A stretch of 64,000 nt of DNA. It comes from an uncultured Armatimonadia bacterium. GTDB lineage: Bacteria > Armatimonadota > Zipacnadia > CAVVLO01. The position numbers were made by a program, and so were the translations under genes. The first letter of the stretch is position 1. Each line of letters starts with the position of its first letter. Shown piece by piece: positions 9,401 to 19,296 of this stretch. A model generated the notes under the pieces. It saw only the letters and a list, made by a program, of their open reading frames with translations. It was not told the origin of the DNA and ran no database searches. The stretch spans positions 64,001 to 128,000 of the forward strand of contig CAVVLO010000003.1 of the NCBI GenBank assembly GCA_963749155.1, written 5' to 3'.

Positions 9401-10845
9401 GGTGAACGGGGATTCGCGATGGTTGGCAGCACCTCTTCAAAACGGGAAGAGGCGTTGATAAAGAACCGCTCGAAGCAGTCGTTCCTTGTCCCATCAGTTT
9501 TGGGAAGATAGATTGCTGCGCCGTTGTAGCAGGCAGCTCCCTCGGAAGTAATCTGATTGCGCGCCTCGAGGCGAGAGGCATTGCTGCGGTAGTAATCCGG
9601 GAAGCCAGCTAGAAAGGCCGGCTCTTCCGCAGAACCTGTTACCAAAACGGCTGGCCGGTTGCCTCCATAGGTCAGGAAGGGCATCGTCACAAGTCTGGGT
9701 TCGTCCAGTCCCTCGCCCTGGGCATCGCCAAACCTCACCTCGGCGACCTGGCCGCCGGGGGCGAGAGTATCGATCACCAGCGACTTGCCCCAAACACGAA
9801 AGACATATTCAACGGAAACTTCTTTGTCTTCGGCAAAAAGGCGCCACCTGGCTCGCACCGTATCGCCTTCCAGCTCACAACTGCGCAACTCGGCGCGTTC
9901 GGGAAGCAAAGGGGCTCCAGCCTCTGAAAGAAGACATACGCCCCCTCCGGCAAGAGGGCTGAAAGGCGCGCTCTCGCCTGATTGAAGGGTAATATCTGAC
10001 CAGTTACCCAGCCTGGGCGTGTAAGTCCAGACAAGGGTTTCATCGCTAAGAGAAGTCCAGGTGTAGGTACCTGCAGCCTCTGAAAGTGAAACGGTAGCTG
10101 GCCCCCTGGAAAGAGAGGGCAGAAGGGTCTCTTCTCTTGTTGGGAAGGGCAGTTTGCCAGGCCCTGTGTTGGTGCCAGTCGTCTGACCAGGGAAAGGTGT
10201 CAGATTGCGAAGAGGGCGAGGCTCAAAAACAAGTGGCGGCAGGGGTTCTTTGTAGAAGGCCAGATTGGCAAGATAGATGACTCGGTCGGCTTTGTTGGTT
10301 CCGTAGACAATCTCAAGGGCCTCTAAATGGGGATTAGGTCCGGCGGCCAGTCGCTGAGCTGCTGTCAGGCGCGAATGCATCACCCACCATTCCTGCCATC
10401 TCACATTGCTCATTGAGAGGCGGACTTTTTCCCCTCCTGGCGAGGCGATGACCAAACGAATCTCTACCTGGGGAGTGGTTGGATCAACAATCCAGCCCCA
10501 GTTATTGCCATAGACCCAAAAATTGGCTGAATCGAAGGGAAGTGGAATCTCGATTGGCGCTGGCGGCACAAGCCTGACCACTGGCGTGCCAGTGCCGTCG
10601 CGGCGATAAGTCAGTTTGGCGACCCGGTCGGCAAAGATCAGCTGTTCGCTTGTGCTTTCAAGGGCAGCAACTGCCGATTCGGTCTCGACGGTCCATCCAG
10701 TGGTATCGGTAAAGTCCACAAGAGGAAGATGATTATCCTGCGTGCGACCAGCCCAAACGAGTTCGTAGGGACGTTGCCCCTGAGGCAGAGCGAGCCACGC
10801 GAGCAGCAGCACCAGTAGCACTACCAAGGCATGAACAACGTTCAT
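6430..10845 (-). CDS. Large secreted protein, probable glycoside hydrolase (GH129/GH101-like barrel plus NPCBM-like module)
   Basis: True start ATG 10845 (RBS GGGAGG, signal peptide MNVVHALVVLLVLLLAW). Central YNNYTD...YCDVHTA...GPVYSEG pattern; MSCGGVERMGIFMHPPW...DGILF...GDWACW resembles NPCBM. Confidence 0.65.
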   Translation of the reverse strand: MNVVHALVVLLVLLLAWLALPQGQRPYELVWAGRTQDNHLPLVDFTDTTGWTVETESAVAALESTSEQLIFADRVAKLTYRRDGTGTPVVRLVPPAPIEIPLPFDSANFWVYGNNWGWIVDPTTPQVEIRLVIASPGGEKVRLSMSNVRWQEWWVMHSRLTAAQRLAAGPNPHLEALEIVYGTNKADRVIYLANLAFYKEPLPPLVFEPRPLRNLTPFPGQTTGTNTGPGKLPFPTREETLLPSLSRGPATVSLSEAAGTYTWTSLSDETLVWTYTPRLGNWSDITLQSGESAPFSPLAGGGVCLLSEAGAPLLPERAELRSCELEGDTVRARWRLFAEDKEVSVEYVFRVWGKSLVIDTLAPGGQVAEVRFGDAQGEGLDEPRLVTMPFLTYGGNRPAVLVTGSAEEPAFLAGFPDYYRSNASRLEARNQITSEGAACYNGAAIYLPKTDGTRNDCFERFFINASSRFEEVLPTIANPRSPWFDVTSERVWIAHGAWDRKGDYAHWQRYSRLGMTEILITDHETGWRDGGESFTLRTKAAPGRGGDESQAWYSKAIQDLGFRYGIYNNYTDFSPVNEYWDEDFVSRLSDGQWRPAWPRCYHLKPSRAVELEAKIAPIIQEKFNLSTAYCDVHTAVHPWDYTDFDARVPGAAAFTSTIYSYGEIMLHQKATWNGPVYSEGRAHWYYVGLTDGNYGQDPEYRIPQNPWLVDFDLRKMHPLCVGFGMGNPGMFYPMDEGLGSGPERVTRLDRFLAATVAFGHPGFFEQGAGLDGTARAYFLIQQLATEYADELVATIEYADAEGRMLDTSHAVASGAYTRNQIRNTYANGCVTVVNGNEKEDWAVELPSVVMAALGLKGNKVVLPPNGWAGYLLDGDKVLQLAASLNLDGHRFDYALSPAYTYMDGRGSFTRLPEAAAEGSFAAIKREDGSLEVFPYVNEKPVSVAFSGQSASAVALDFAENELGPAQVQFCRGQVLLSPVEGATSYLLTPKSPPAITLQSERTEVVPGETVLIKGAESHEYTIPSNTPPNTRLVVELEGAAIDFWVKSMVDAALRLPSFGEREAADAVMVLTLRSALAAPAQVKVDLAGQVKQVELIPGQTVQLPFAWREPANETLEEIPLTVSSATSTYQRSWWLLAELGRVQVAEVPTTYDVGECLREGQERPPAAATGAWAASKRMSCGGVERMGIFMHPPWMTGPGYSYALLAPVKLPADVPATFSCVVGKMDGSDRGDGILFKLAIVDESGHSEIVASQLVEEHLWLPLEADLSAWAGQQVRFKLISDVGEQDNSSGDWACWAEFTLESAEELMDVGLYDSPRQLKHSPGPYELQDVTLADLHNAVSGWVQYEAAGLQAEQPYVSELVINGINLGTMPSGTGGEAEMTWGEPVRLPLTKEAIQALTPATTVQVENLGADYFRIRGFCVVVELADGRLFSSTFHTNAYTQPSDWPYAVGTGVPHGTPIIADVRFKLAP

Positions 10846-10894
10846 CTTGCAGCCTCCCTTAAAGCCATTTGGGCGCCTTTCCCTTCCTCTCAAA

Positions 10895-12031
10895 CTAGAG
10901 GGCCTCCAGAAGCGTGCGTAAGGCTTTCGGCATCGCGCCTGCGTAAGCGTCGGTATCTGTGAGTTCGATGATGAACTGGCCATCAGGATTTAGACTTTCT
11001 TCCCATCGGTCTTTACCGCTGGCTTTGAGTTCAGCAGACCGGATGGGCACAAAGTCATAGGTCGCTTCCTCTTGGGCAGTTTCATCCAGTGCGGCAAGCT
11101 TTCCCTCGTGAGTTACTGTGAGGCCTGCCAGGTGTAGAAAACCTGCTGTGCACCACATGTTGCGATATTTCTGGCTTTGCAATCCAAGTGCCTCAGGGGC
11201 TGGGCCTGATTGCAAATGAGAAAGCCAGTTCTGGTTTGTGTTGCGGGTAAGCCCATAAAGGAAATAACTCTGCACAGGCTTTGAAAGGTAGGGCAGAAGG
11301 TCGCCCTGATTTAGCAGCCAAAAGCCGCTGTAGCGGGAAATCTTGAAGCTGGATGGATCTTCGAAGCAAGGCAGCCAGTAGATTGGGCATGGCAGCTTCC
11401 AGAGGGCAAGATAGGCTTCGGGATCGAGCGATCTGTTCCACTCGGATTGGTTCGGTCGATTCTCATCTTGGCGAACGGTGTCCGCATTGAGATAGACGCC
11501 GCGGCACTTGGTCTGAAAGAGCTCGGGAGCCTTCCAGGCGGCGAGGGCGAGGGTCCGGCAGGAGCCGACAACGACAACGGCAACCGGTTCGGGCGAACTA
11601 CGCAGTTTTTCGATTATCAGGTTTACCCCACCGGCATCGGGCCCAGCCATTTGCACATCACCAGTTGCGATCGACTGGTAAGGCACGCTGGAACCTACAG
11701 CCACGGGCACAGCAAGCCCTGTTACGTAGTTCAACTGGGCAACGGCTGTCACAGAGGGATCACCTGCTCCCCACATTACAAAGCCGTATGAATCCGGTTC
11801 AAGAGGGTAATCCAGGACGATACCAAGCAGCTCGATGCGTCCAAGCTTTGCTAACGCATAAGCGGTCGCCAGATCCCAATAATCATCGGGATCGCAATAA
11901 GGCTGGTAGATGTCCCCCAGATATAGCACGGGGGTTGGGACTGGAGCGGCGGGCTGGGCAAGCGCCAATCCAGCGGTGCCGGCGAAAAGAAACAGCAGAC
12001 ATATAATGGCAAGTTTGGTCCTGAGGTGCAT
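10895..12031 (-). CDS. Secreted nucleoside hydrolase (IU-NH)-like protein
   Basis: ATG 12031 with GGGAGG RBS and signal peptide; Asp-rich DIYQPYCDPDDYWDL motif; VVVGSCRTLALA; EWNRSLDP. Confidence 0.7.
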   Translation of the reverse strand: MHLRTKLAIICLLFLFAGTAGLALAQPAAPVPTPVLYLGDIYQPYCDPDDYWDLATAYALAKLGRIELLGIVLDYPLEPDSYGFVMWGAGDPSVTAVAQLNYVTGLAVPVAVGSSVPYQSIATGDVQMAGPDAGGVNLIIEKLRSSPEPVAVVVVGSCRTLALAAWKAPELFQTKCRGVYLNADTVRQDENRPNQSEWNRSLDPEAYLALWKLPCPIYWLPCFEDPSSFKISRYSGFWLLNQGDLLPYLSKPVQSYFLYGLTRNTNQNWLSHLQSGPAPEALGLQSQKYRNMWCTAGFLHLAGLTVTHEGKLAALDETAQEEATYDFVPIRSAELKASGKDRWEESLNPDGQFIIELTDTDAYAGAMPKALRTLLEAL

Positions 12032-12153
12032 GCAAACCTCCCTCATCAACTGCTGGGCTTACTTTCTGCCTGCTTGTTTGTGTCCCTGCAAGAGGTATTG
12101 GCAAACAGGTCGGCTAACTTAAGGCCTGGCGATGAGATTTTGGAGGATTTTTT

Positions 12154-14414
12154 ATGAGGGTCTTTCTAACACTGGTTGTTATCCTTCTGTTGGCGTCGGC
12201 CAGCTGGGCTGGGCCAACAGTGACGTTCTTCTCGTTGCAAGGGCTTTCGTATGAGGAAGAGCTTTTCGCGCTTGCGCTGGAAGGCTGGGTAAATCGTTCT
12301 GGTCCCAGACTGTATCTGGAAACCTCAACAATCAATTGGCCTGGCCGCGACGCGGATGACCTCTGGAAGGCCTGGTATGAGGAACGCAAAGGTTTCCTTT
12401 TTGAAAGAGTAGACTCCCTTCCACAACTTGCCGGATTGTTTTTGGAAGATATCGAGTCTCTTGCTGTCTATGATGACAGTTTGGATGCTCTGAAATACCT
12501 GGCGTTCAATGAAGCTGCGGAAGGCGCTCTGCCTGTCAGGGTCGATTTGCTGGAGACTTCACTGGCTTCGCTCAAAGCAATCGCCATAAAGAGTGACTTC
12601 AGAGGGCGTTTTGCCTCTGAGCAAGAGGCGTGGGAATGGGCCATCGTGCATCAGCTTCCAAAGCGAGAACAACGAGAGGTCTACAGCGTGGGACGCAGTT
12701 ATCCTGGGCTTCAGATTGGTGGAGATCCTTCAGTACAGCTCTGCCTCGACTGGGCGGTAAAACACAATCTGTTTCGTCTTCAACCTGCCTTTTGACACCA
12801 AACCCTTTGCTCCTGGCAGTAATACGCTTCCGGAAGGCGATTATGCCTCACTTGTCGCCCTTACTGATCGCATACTGGAGGGCCTCGAGAAACCCGCTGC
12901 TGTCTGGGGCTGGGCCGAACCAGAGCACATCTTCGCGCGAAAGTGTTCTTCGCACGATTGCTACATCCTCTGTGGCGCCGGCCCGAACCTCTCCTTCCAT
13001 GAGCAAGTGCCTCTGGATGGCCCTCTGCCCTCTTTGCCGAAGACTGTAAAACCCCCTCTTGAGCCGAAAATATATGTGACCTTTCTGACAAACGAAGGGG
13101 ACACGCCAAAGGCACTTGTCAGTGAATATAGATGTGCCTGGCGCGATGCTGCGCGAGGTTCGGTGCCTATTACCTGGTTGATGAATCCACTACTGCTCGA
13201 ACGCTTCCCCGCGCTTTGGGAATATTATCTGACCCAGCGCAAAGGCGACGACATATTCACAGTGGCGTGCTCTGGGGCGGGGTATGCCATCCTCTCTTCC
13301 CTCCCCCATCCGGCCCTCTACGAGGCCCATACAAAAACCTATCTGGAGAAGACAGGCCTCGAATACGTGGATGTTTGGACTGATGGCTACGATCCGGATG
13401 GTTGGAAACGTTTCCAGGAAGGCTGCGGTGCGAAAGGCCTTTCTGTTCAATCCTGGATGCCTGATGAATTGCAGGCTTTCCCAGATGGCACCGTGCTCAC
13501 CGGGACAGCGCCTGGACTCATCTACTGGCGCGTCCCAGAAGGGCGTGACCCTGCCGAATGGCTGGCCGAGCAGCTCCGAGATCGCGCTTCCAAAAGAGGC
13601 CGACCAGCCTTTATACAGGTCTACTGCGGGACCTCGGCAACTGTCTTCCGGAAGACAATGGATTTGCTTGGTTCAGAATATGTAGCCTTGCCTTATAGCG
13701 CATATAGCGAGATTGGCAAGCGAATTCTGCAAGCTGCAGACTCCCAGTGATCGGCTCTGGGCTGGGCCTGGCGAGATGCGCAACTTCGAATTGGTGGCCC
13801 GTAATTATGGTGAAGTCGCATTAAGCGCGTCTGTGACCATCGAGCCCCCTTCCGGATGGGTAATACAGCCTTCTTCCTGTTCTCTGGAACTTGGCTCCAA
13901 AGAGGAAAAAACCTTGCTTTTCTCTGCTCTGGTAGGCGGGGAAGCAACACCTGGCAACTATGAGATAAAGGTCACATCTGATTTCGCAGGCACTCGTTCG
14001 CTGATTGCGACTATCTTCTCAAAGCTTCAGCCAATGTCTTTAGCTGCTTCTGACTGGTTGCCCTGGCCTGGGGTGCCAGCCCTGGCCAGGCAGGAAGACA
14101 AAGCCTTGGTAATAAGCAATGCGCCAGGCAAGCCTTATTCTGCAGTGGAACTGCCCTTCGAAGTTGACTTCTCTTCGAAGGCCCAGTTGTTGCTGGAGGC
14201 CTCCAGGTTAAAGGGCGCCTGGGCAGTAAAGATACGGGCGGAAGAGGGGATGGAAGACTGGGTCGTCATCAAGGATACAAACCGCGCCGGCACTCAGGTC
14301 GTGCCTCTTAACGTCCCAGGCTGGGAGGGCGTCAGGAAGGCGCGCCTCCTGGTCTTCTCCCTTGGAGAAGGCGGCGAGGTAGTTCTCTCTCGTGCCGCAC
14401 TGGTCTGGGAGTAA
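12154..14414 (+). CDS. GxGYxYP-family putative glycoside hydrolase with C-terminal NEW3-like domain (two apparent +1 frameshifts, ~12772 and ~13730)
   Basis: ORF 12154..12795 (LEGWVNRSGPRLY) continues after removing one T as FVFNLPFD...VWGW...PNLSFH into 13007..13750 (YVTFLTNEGD, RGSVPITW, SGAGY). This in turn appears to continue into 13713..14414 (EPPSGW...ATPGNYEI). The second junction is less certain. Confidence 0.75.
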
Positions 14415-14457
14415 ATACACCAAAATTGTTTGTAAATTCTTTCTAGCTACGAAATCA

Positions 14458-14493
14458 AAGGACTGCTTCCACCTGCTAACAGAAGCAGTCCTT
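14458..14493. terminator. Hairpin terminator between convergent genes
   Basis: AAGGACTGCTTC-N12-GAAGCAGTCCTT between the stops at 14414 (+) and 14507 (-). Confidence 0.7.
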
Positions 14494-14506
14494 AATCACC
14501 ACAATT

Positions 14507-17495
14507 CTAGCTTCTGTTGATTATCTCGCGCTTCACGCGCGCAAGCAGGTCATCGAGCGAGCCTTCCATCAGATACAGCTTCCCCCTAACGACCGCGGCT
14601 CTGCCCTGGGGCGTCTCAGGCCAAAGCGGATCCGCATGCACGCAAGGGATGAGCGCATTGGAGAGGAGGGAGGCTGCGTTCTGCCAGGCGATTCCGAAGA
14701 CATATTTGCCATCTTCGGAGACCACAGCGACTACTGGCGCATCAGCCAGATCGCTGCTGGCGCCCCAGTCGCCGGCCTGCTGGACTGGCGGGCCACCCTC
14801 GAGGGCATAATGGCAAAGCTCCCATCGCCCCTTGCCTCGGTCTGTGTCAGCCATTTTGACCCATTTACCGCCCGTGTGGAGGTAGGTGCGCTCCAGTTCC
14901 TGGTCACCGAAAAGGGTCCCTGTAAGCACAGGGCAGACCTGTGAGTGAACAGGCAGAGTCCCGCCCGCACCGTGATTCTGGCACCACAGCATCAGGTCGC
15001 AATCGTCCTCATTGGGGGACACCCGCCCTCCAAGCACGCGGTCGGCCTCGCTCCACTCGAACCAGAAGCCACCTCCTGGATCGGGATTCCAGACTTTAGA
15101 CCAGTCTTTTGATTGGGCCGGGACATCACTCCCAGCGGGATTGTGATCCATAAAGTGCAGTTTGTCCGTGGCGAAGCTCTCCGGGTATCTCAGGTCAATT
15201 GGCGCGTCCATCCAGGGGGCCTTCACCAGCAGAGAATGCCATTGGCCTGTGCCCTTGTCGGGGCCAACGGCAAGCTGGATACGCGCTGGCTCTTCCTCTG
15301 GAATACCCGCAGTGACACGGACGGTCTGGGGTTCCGCGTTGCTGTCGAGCAGGAAGATGGCCGCGAAAGTGCCATCCGGCTCACTGCGCACCTGCACGCC
15401 ATCAAGCGCATCGGACCGATTCAGGCGGACGGGTGTCCAGCCTGCAGATTCCTTGCGGAAAAGCCGCGGCCAACGATAATCTGTAAGGCCGGTAACGATT
15501 ATAGGCAAGCAACTACGACCGCCTGCCAGCGTGAATTCGGCTTCATTCGCTTCGGCCCGCACTGTGGTCGGGAAGTCAGAAAGAGCCACTCCCACTGCGA
15601 CTTCGAGCAGCCGCGGCCCCTCGGAGCCAAACACGCGCGCCTCGCGCTCTGCAGGCGCGGCGCTGTCATAGGGCGCATAACAGGTCCAGTAGGCTTCGAG
15701 GGTGATGGTGTCGCCTGGCTGCAAGGTCAGCTCATCGGCATCTACCGAGAGGAAGAGTCGCGTGTCGCCAGAGGTCTCGCACCAGATGCCCGCTGCTGGA
15801 GCGAGGTTCCGCCCACCGATATTGGTTTCGAACTTGCGCAAGATGATGGCGTTGGAGCCACGATCATCATCAAACATCGTTATATAGGAGTTCTCGCTGG
15901 GCAACGGCGCGCCAGCAACTGCGTAATGGTTCTTCTCGAAAGTGAGTGCGGTCGGCGCTGTCCCTGTGCAGGCAAAAGTTTTGTAACGAAGTCTTTGCAC
16001 CCAGGTTGCAATCTGTAACAGGCGGAACTCGGTCCTGGCAGATTGCAGGCTGATCGGCTGGTTTACGGTGCATTTGACCCGGACGAAATTGCGCAGCTCA
16101 TCAGCACTGGGCAATTCCCAGGTTTCGACCTCGGTGAGCACCTTCTCATCACTGGTCAGATAGTCGAAGCCGATGTCCATCCAGTTGGGGCCGGTACTGT
16201 GATAGAGCGCGCGCTGGAATTCGCTGAAGGCCCAGTTGTTGTTCTCGGCATAGGAGAGGAACATATGCCCTGCGACATTGTCATGCTGAGGCTGGCCTGA
16301 CCAGAAAGTCGGCTGGCTCATCGCGCGATAATCGGCAATCGAGACACCCGGAAGCCCTCCAAACTTGAAGGGTACGTAACAAGTTGTTTCCGTAATGCCG
16401 GTGGAACTGTGGTAGTAGTCCATCCAGGCGCCAAGCGAGGAGAAGTGCTTGGTCATATGCCTGCCCCAGTTTTGGTGCAGGTGCAGGCTGCTCAAGGTGA
16501 CCTCTTCACCAGGCTCGAGGTAGAGCGGGAAGATAGTTTCATCGAACTGAGTGTCATTAGGATTATAAAACTTCTCTTCTTTTTCGCCCGCGAAGTTCTT
16601 CGAGATCTGCACCACAAGAGGCATCGGATGGCCTTCCGAGTCCAGCACCGTGCCTCCTTCAACCACGCCCGTGCCCTCGTGGCAGATATAGACTTTCCGC
16701 GGCCGGAAGTCGTTCCGGACGCTGAACCTGACCGGCTCGATAGTCCTGCGGTATCTGGTAGAAATGGCGCTGGAAGCCTCCCCCGCCCTCTGTCCGCGAG
16801 GTGATCAGATAGCAACCCCGCACCTCATCGTAGCGCAAGGCTTGATGGGCCGAGAGGGTGATCAGGCGGTCGGCGGGCAGTGGAGGTTGCTCTCCGAAAA
16901 GCGGACCGGCGAAGGTCTGCTTGTCTCCGGTCTTGAAAGGCTGGCAGGGCCAGGTCTGCTGGACAAGTCCCTCGAGGCCTGCGCTTGCGGCATCGAAATC
17001 GCCCACGGCATGCCAGGTGACAGAGACGAGGAGTTTTTCCGGATAGCAATAGAGCGCCACATCGGCTTTGAGCGGAGCCGCGTTACCGGCTTCATCGGCC
17101 GGTTGCAGGTCGAACCAGTGGACCTCCGAGTAGTAGGGCCCGCGGCGATAGAGATTGATCCGGCTGTTGCCGGTAAAGTTGGTGGTGGACCAGACCTTCC
17201 CCGCTGCATCGGTAAGGGTGAAAGCCAGCCACTCGCGGCCTGAATCGGCTTCTACGAGGCGATGTGGGGCGCGCAGTTCACCGATTACGTCATAGTCGGC
17301 GGCGATGACCTCGAAAGCGGTGCGCGAGGCATCGGTATAGCGCACTTCGAGTTCGGGACGCACTGGATAGGGCTGGAACTGGAAATCTGTCTGCCAATTG
17401 GACATCGCTAGATCACCTGGCTGGGCGTTAACGCAGGGAATGAAGAGCATACTGAGAGCGGCGCAAAGCACCGCCAAGAGGGCTTTTGAGCTCAT
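14507..17495 (-). CDS. Large secreted hypothetical protein (~995 aa; one apparent frameshift ~16738)
   Basis: ATG 17495 with GGAGG RBS and signal peptide MSSKALLAVLCAALSMLF. After QDY, removing one base gives EPVRFSVRNDFRPRKVYICHEGTG, in frame with ORF 14507..16666. Confidence 0.7.
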
Positions 17496-17675
17496 TTGTA
17501 ACCTCCAAATACTGGTTGCAGCTAGGAGGTTCGGGCTGGTGGTGGAGTTCCCTGCTTTGGAGAGTGGCTTGCAAGTCCGGGGCGCGCAGTTGAGCACCTT
17601 TTCTGCCAATCCGGGACCTTTTCAAAAACCCCAAAATCCCATCCCAAACCCCCTCCCACCCGGGGCTTCTAGCAG

Positions 17676-17691
17676 TGCAATATGCGTGCCA
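17676..17691 (-). promoter_or_regulatory. Sigma-54 (RpoN) -24/-12 promoter
   Basis: Minus strand TGGCACG-CATA-TTGCA is an exact match to the TGGCACG-N4-TTGCW consensus. It is intergenic, oriented toward the 17495 start and lies downstream of a terminator. Confidence 0.75.
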
Positions 17692-17803
17692 GTTGCAGTG
17701 TTGGTAACGCGTTGTGGCGAAAGATTTACAGAAACATTTTGTGTCGGCCCCTCAGCCTGGCGTTACCTGTATCGCTGCCCGTCGTTTTCAGAATCAGCCG
17801 CGC

Positions 17804-17834
17804 AAAGAGAAGCCCCCGACCGAAGCCGGGGGCT
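17804..17834 (-). terminator. Rho-independent terminator of the DUF1559 gene
   Basis: Minus strand AGCCCCCGGC-TTCG-GTCGGGGGCT (cUUCGg tetraloop) followed by TCTCTTT. Confidence 0.8.
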
Positions 17835-17868
17835 GAGTTGCAACTGTAAGTCTTTGTACAGCGTTGGG

Positions 17869-18546
17869 TTAGTCCCACATGGTCCTGGTATCCCAGCCAG
17901 CAGCCGGGAACATAAACCAGTCAGGCTCGATAACCCAGCCGGGGTGAGCGTTCAGCTTGTGGAACTTGGCATGCCCGTCCATATAGGCCACGTTGATCGA
18001 GACATAGCTTGGCGGCGGGGCCATAATGACGATACCCACCTGATCTCCGTGCCAGTCGAAGCGCTCGTGGAATACGAACTGCTGCGAGGGATAGCCGATG
18101 GTAGCTTCGCTGAGCGGAACTCTGTAGCCGTATACTGCCGCGACGTCGATGCAGTGGCGATAGTAGTAGGAGATCATAACGTTCGGGTCGGTTGAGGTGT
18201 GGGTGCCATCGCTGGGGCAGAAGAAGATCTGCCTGTTCTTCACGTAGGGCATCAGGACGACGGGATAGCCGCTGATGTTGCGCTCCCACGGCCGCATAAT
18301 GCCATCCTCGCTGGGATAGGCTGCATCGTAGTGGCAGCCGGTGATGGCGCCGTTAGGATAAAAGCCATCGTAGTCCTGGACGTACTGCATCAGAGCAAGA
18401 CCCATCTGCTTCAGGTTGCTCAGGCAGCCGGACTGCCTGGCCTTCTCGCGTGCCCGGGCGAAGACCGGGAAAAGGATTGCTGCCAGGATCGCGATAATGG
18501 CGATTACTACGAGCAGCTCGATAAGAGTGAAACCGCGCTTCCTCAT
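17869..18546 (-). CDS. Prepilin-type N-terminal cleavage/methylation domain protein (DUF1559 / H-X9-DG-CTERM type)
   Basis: [48 protein letters not shown]-terminal [10 protein letters not shown]. Confidence 0.93.
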   Translation of the reverse strand: MRKRGFTLIELLVVIAIIAILAAILFPVFARAREKARQSGCLSNLKQMGLALMQYVQDYDGFYPNGAITGCHYDAAYPSEDGIMRPWERNISGYPVVLMPYVKNRQIFFCPSDGTHTSTDPNVMISYYYRHCIDVAAVYGYRVPLSEATIGYPSQQFVFHERFDWHGDQVGIVIMAPPPSYVSINVAYMDGHAKFHKLNAHPGWVIEPDWFMFPAAGWDTRTMWD

Positions 18547-18620
18547 TACAAAGTGCCTCCCCTAGTGGAAAAAATCTGGCCGGGCAGCCTGCGATAACGG
18601 GTTGCCTTTAACCTAAAACC

Positions 18621-18655
18621 ATTATACTGGCTGGTTACCCTTCTTGGAAGGGTTA
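18621..18655 (-). promoter_or_regulatory. Sigma70 promoter (TTCCAA-N17-TATAAT) with palindrome over the -35
   Basis: TATAAT at 18621-18626 (minus) with a 17-nt spacer; inverted repeat ACCCTTC-TTG-GAAGGGT at 18637-18653. Confidence 0.55.
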
Positions 18656-18811
18656 GAAACAGTCGCGCAGGATATTTTTGCGCCTTCCTGAAGCCAGGCA
18701 AACAGTCCGCCCACTTTGACCCCAAAGCTTTACAAAAGTTTCACTGCGCTGTGCGCCTCGGCGGGCGCGTTCGGACTGATTGGCGAGGCGCCAGAGGGGT
18801 ATAAGGCTAGT

Positions 18812-19132
18812 ATGAGGGTGACTGGAGAGGTGGTCGTGGCAGGTTTCGCCTTGCTCGCGCTGGCCGGGCTGTTGGGCCTCAATCTGAGGCCGCGCGCCTG
18901 GCCGCTGTGGGGCGCGCTGGTGCTGGTCGCGCTTGCCGACGCCTGGCTGATCTCGCTGCGGCTTTATCATGCGCCGAATTTTAAGATGGCTTATTCGGCC
19001 CTCTGGCTGGCTTGGGTTTGCTCGGTGAGCTTCACACTGGGCCTGCTGTGGCTCGCTTGGGGCCTGCTGCGCTGGAAGCCCTGGCTCGAACGCTCTCCCT
19101 CCCCCGCCCCGACCCAGGTCTCCGAGTCCTGA
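18812..19132 (+). CDS. Small membrane protein (about 3 TM)
   Basis: ATG 18812 preceded by GAGGGG; strongly hydrophobic Leu/Trp-rich helices. Confidence 0.55.
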   Translation: MRVTGEVVVAGFALLALAGLLGLNLRPRAWPLWGALVLVALADAWLISLRLYHAPNFKMAYSALWLAWVCSVSFTLGLLWLAWGLLRWKPWLERSPSPAPTQVSES

Positions 19133-19296
19133 CCCCTCCCGTAACCTCCTGCCAAGTGATTTTACCTGCCTCCACTTGTGGACAGCAGGAAACCTGTGGA
19201 ATGTGGCGTATTAGGGGGTATGGATTGGATGATGTTGGTCGTGGGGCAAGGGCAGCCCGTTGCCGCTGTGTGCTCTGTTCGTGCTGGGCGCTTGTC

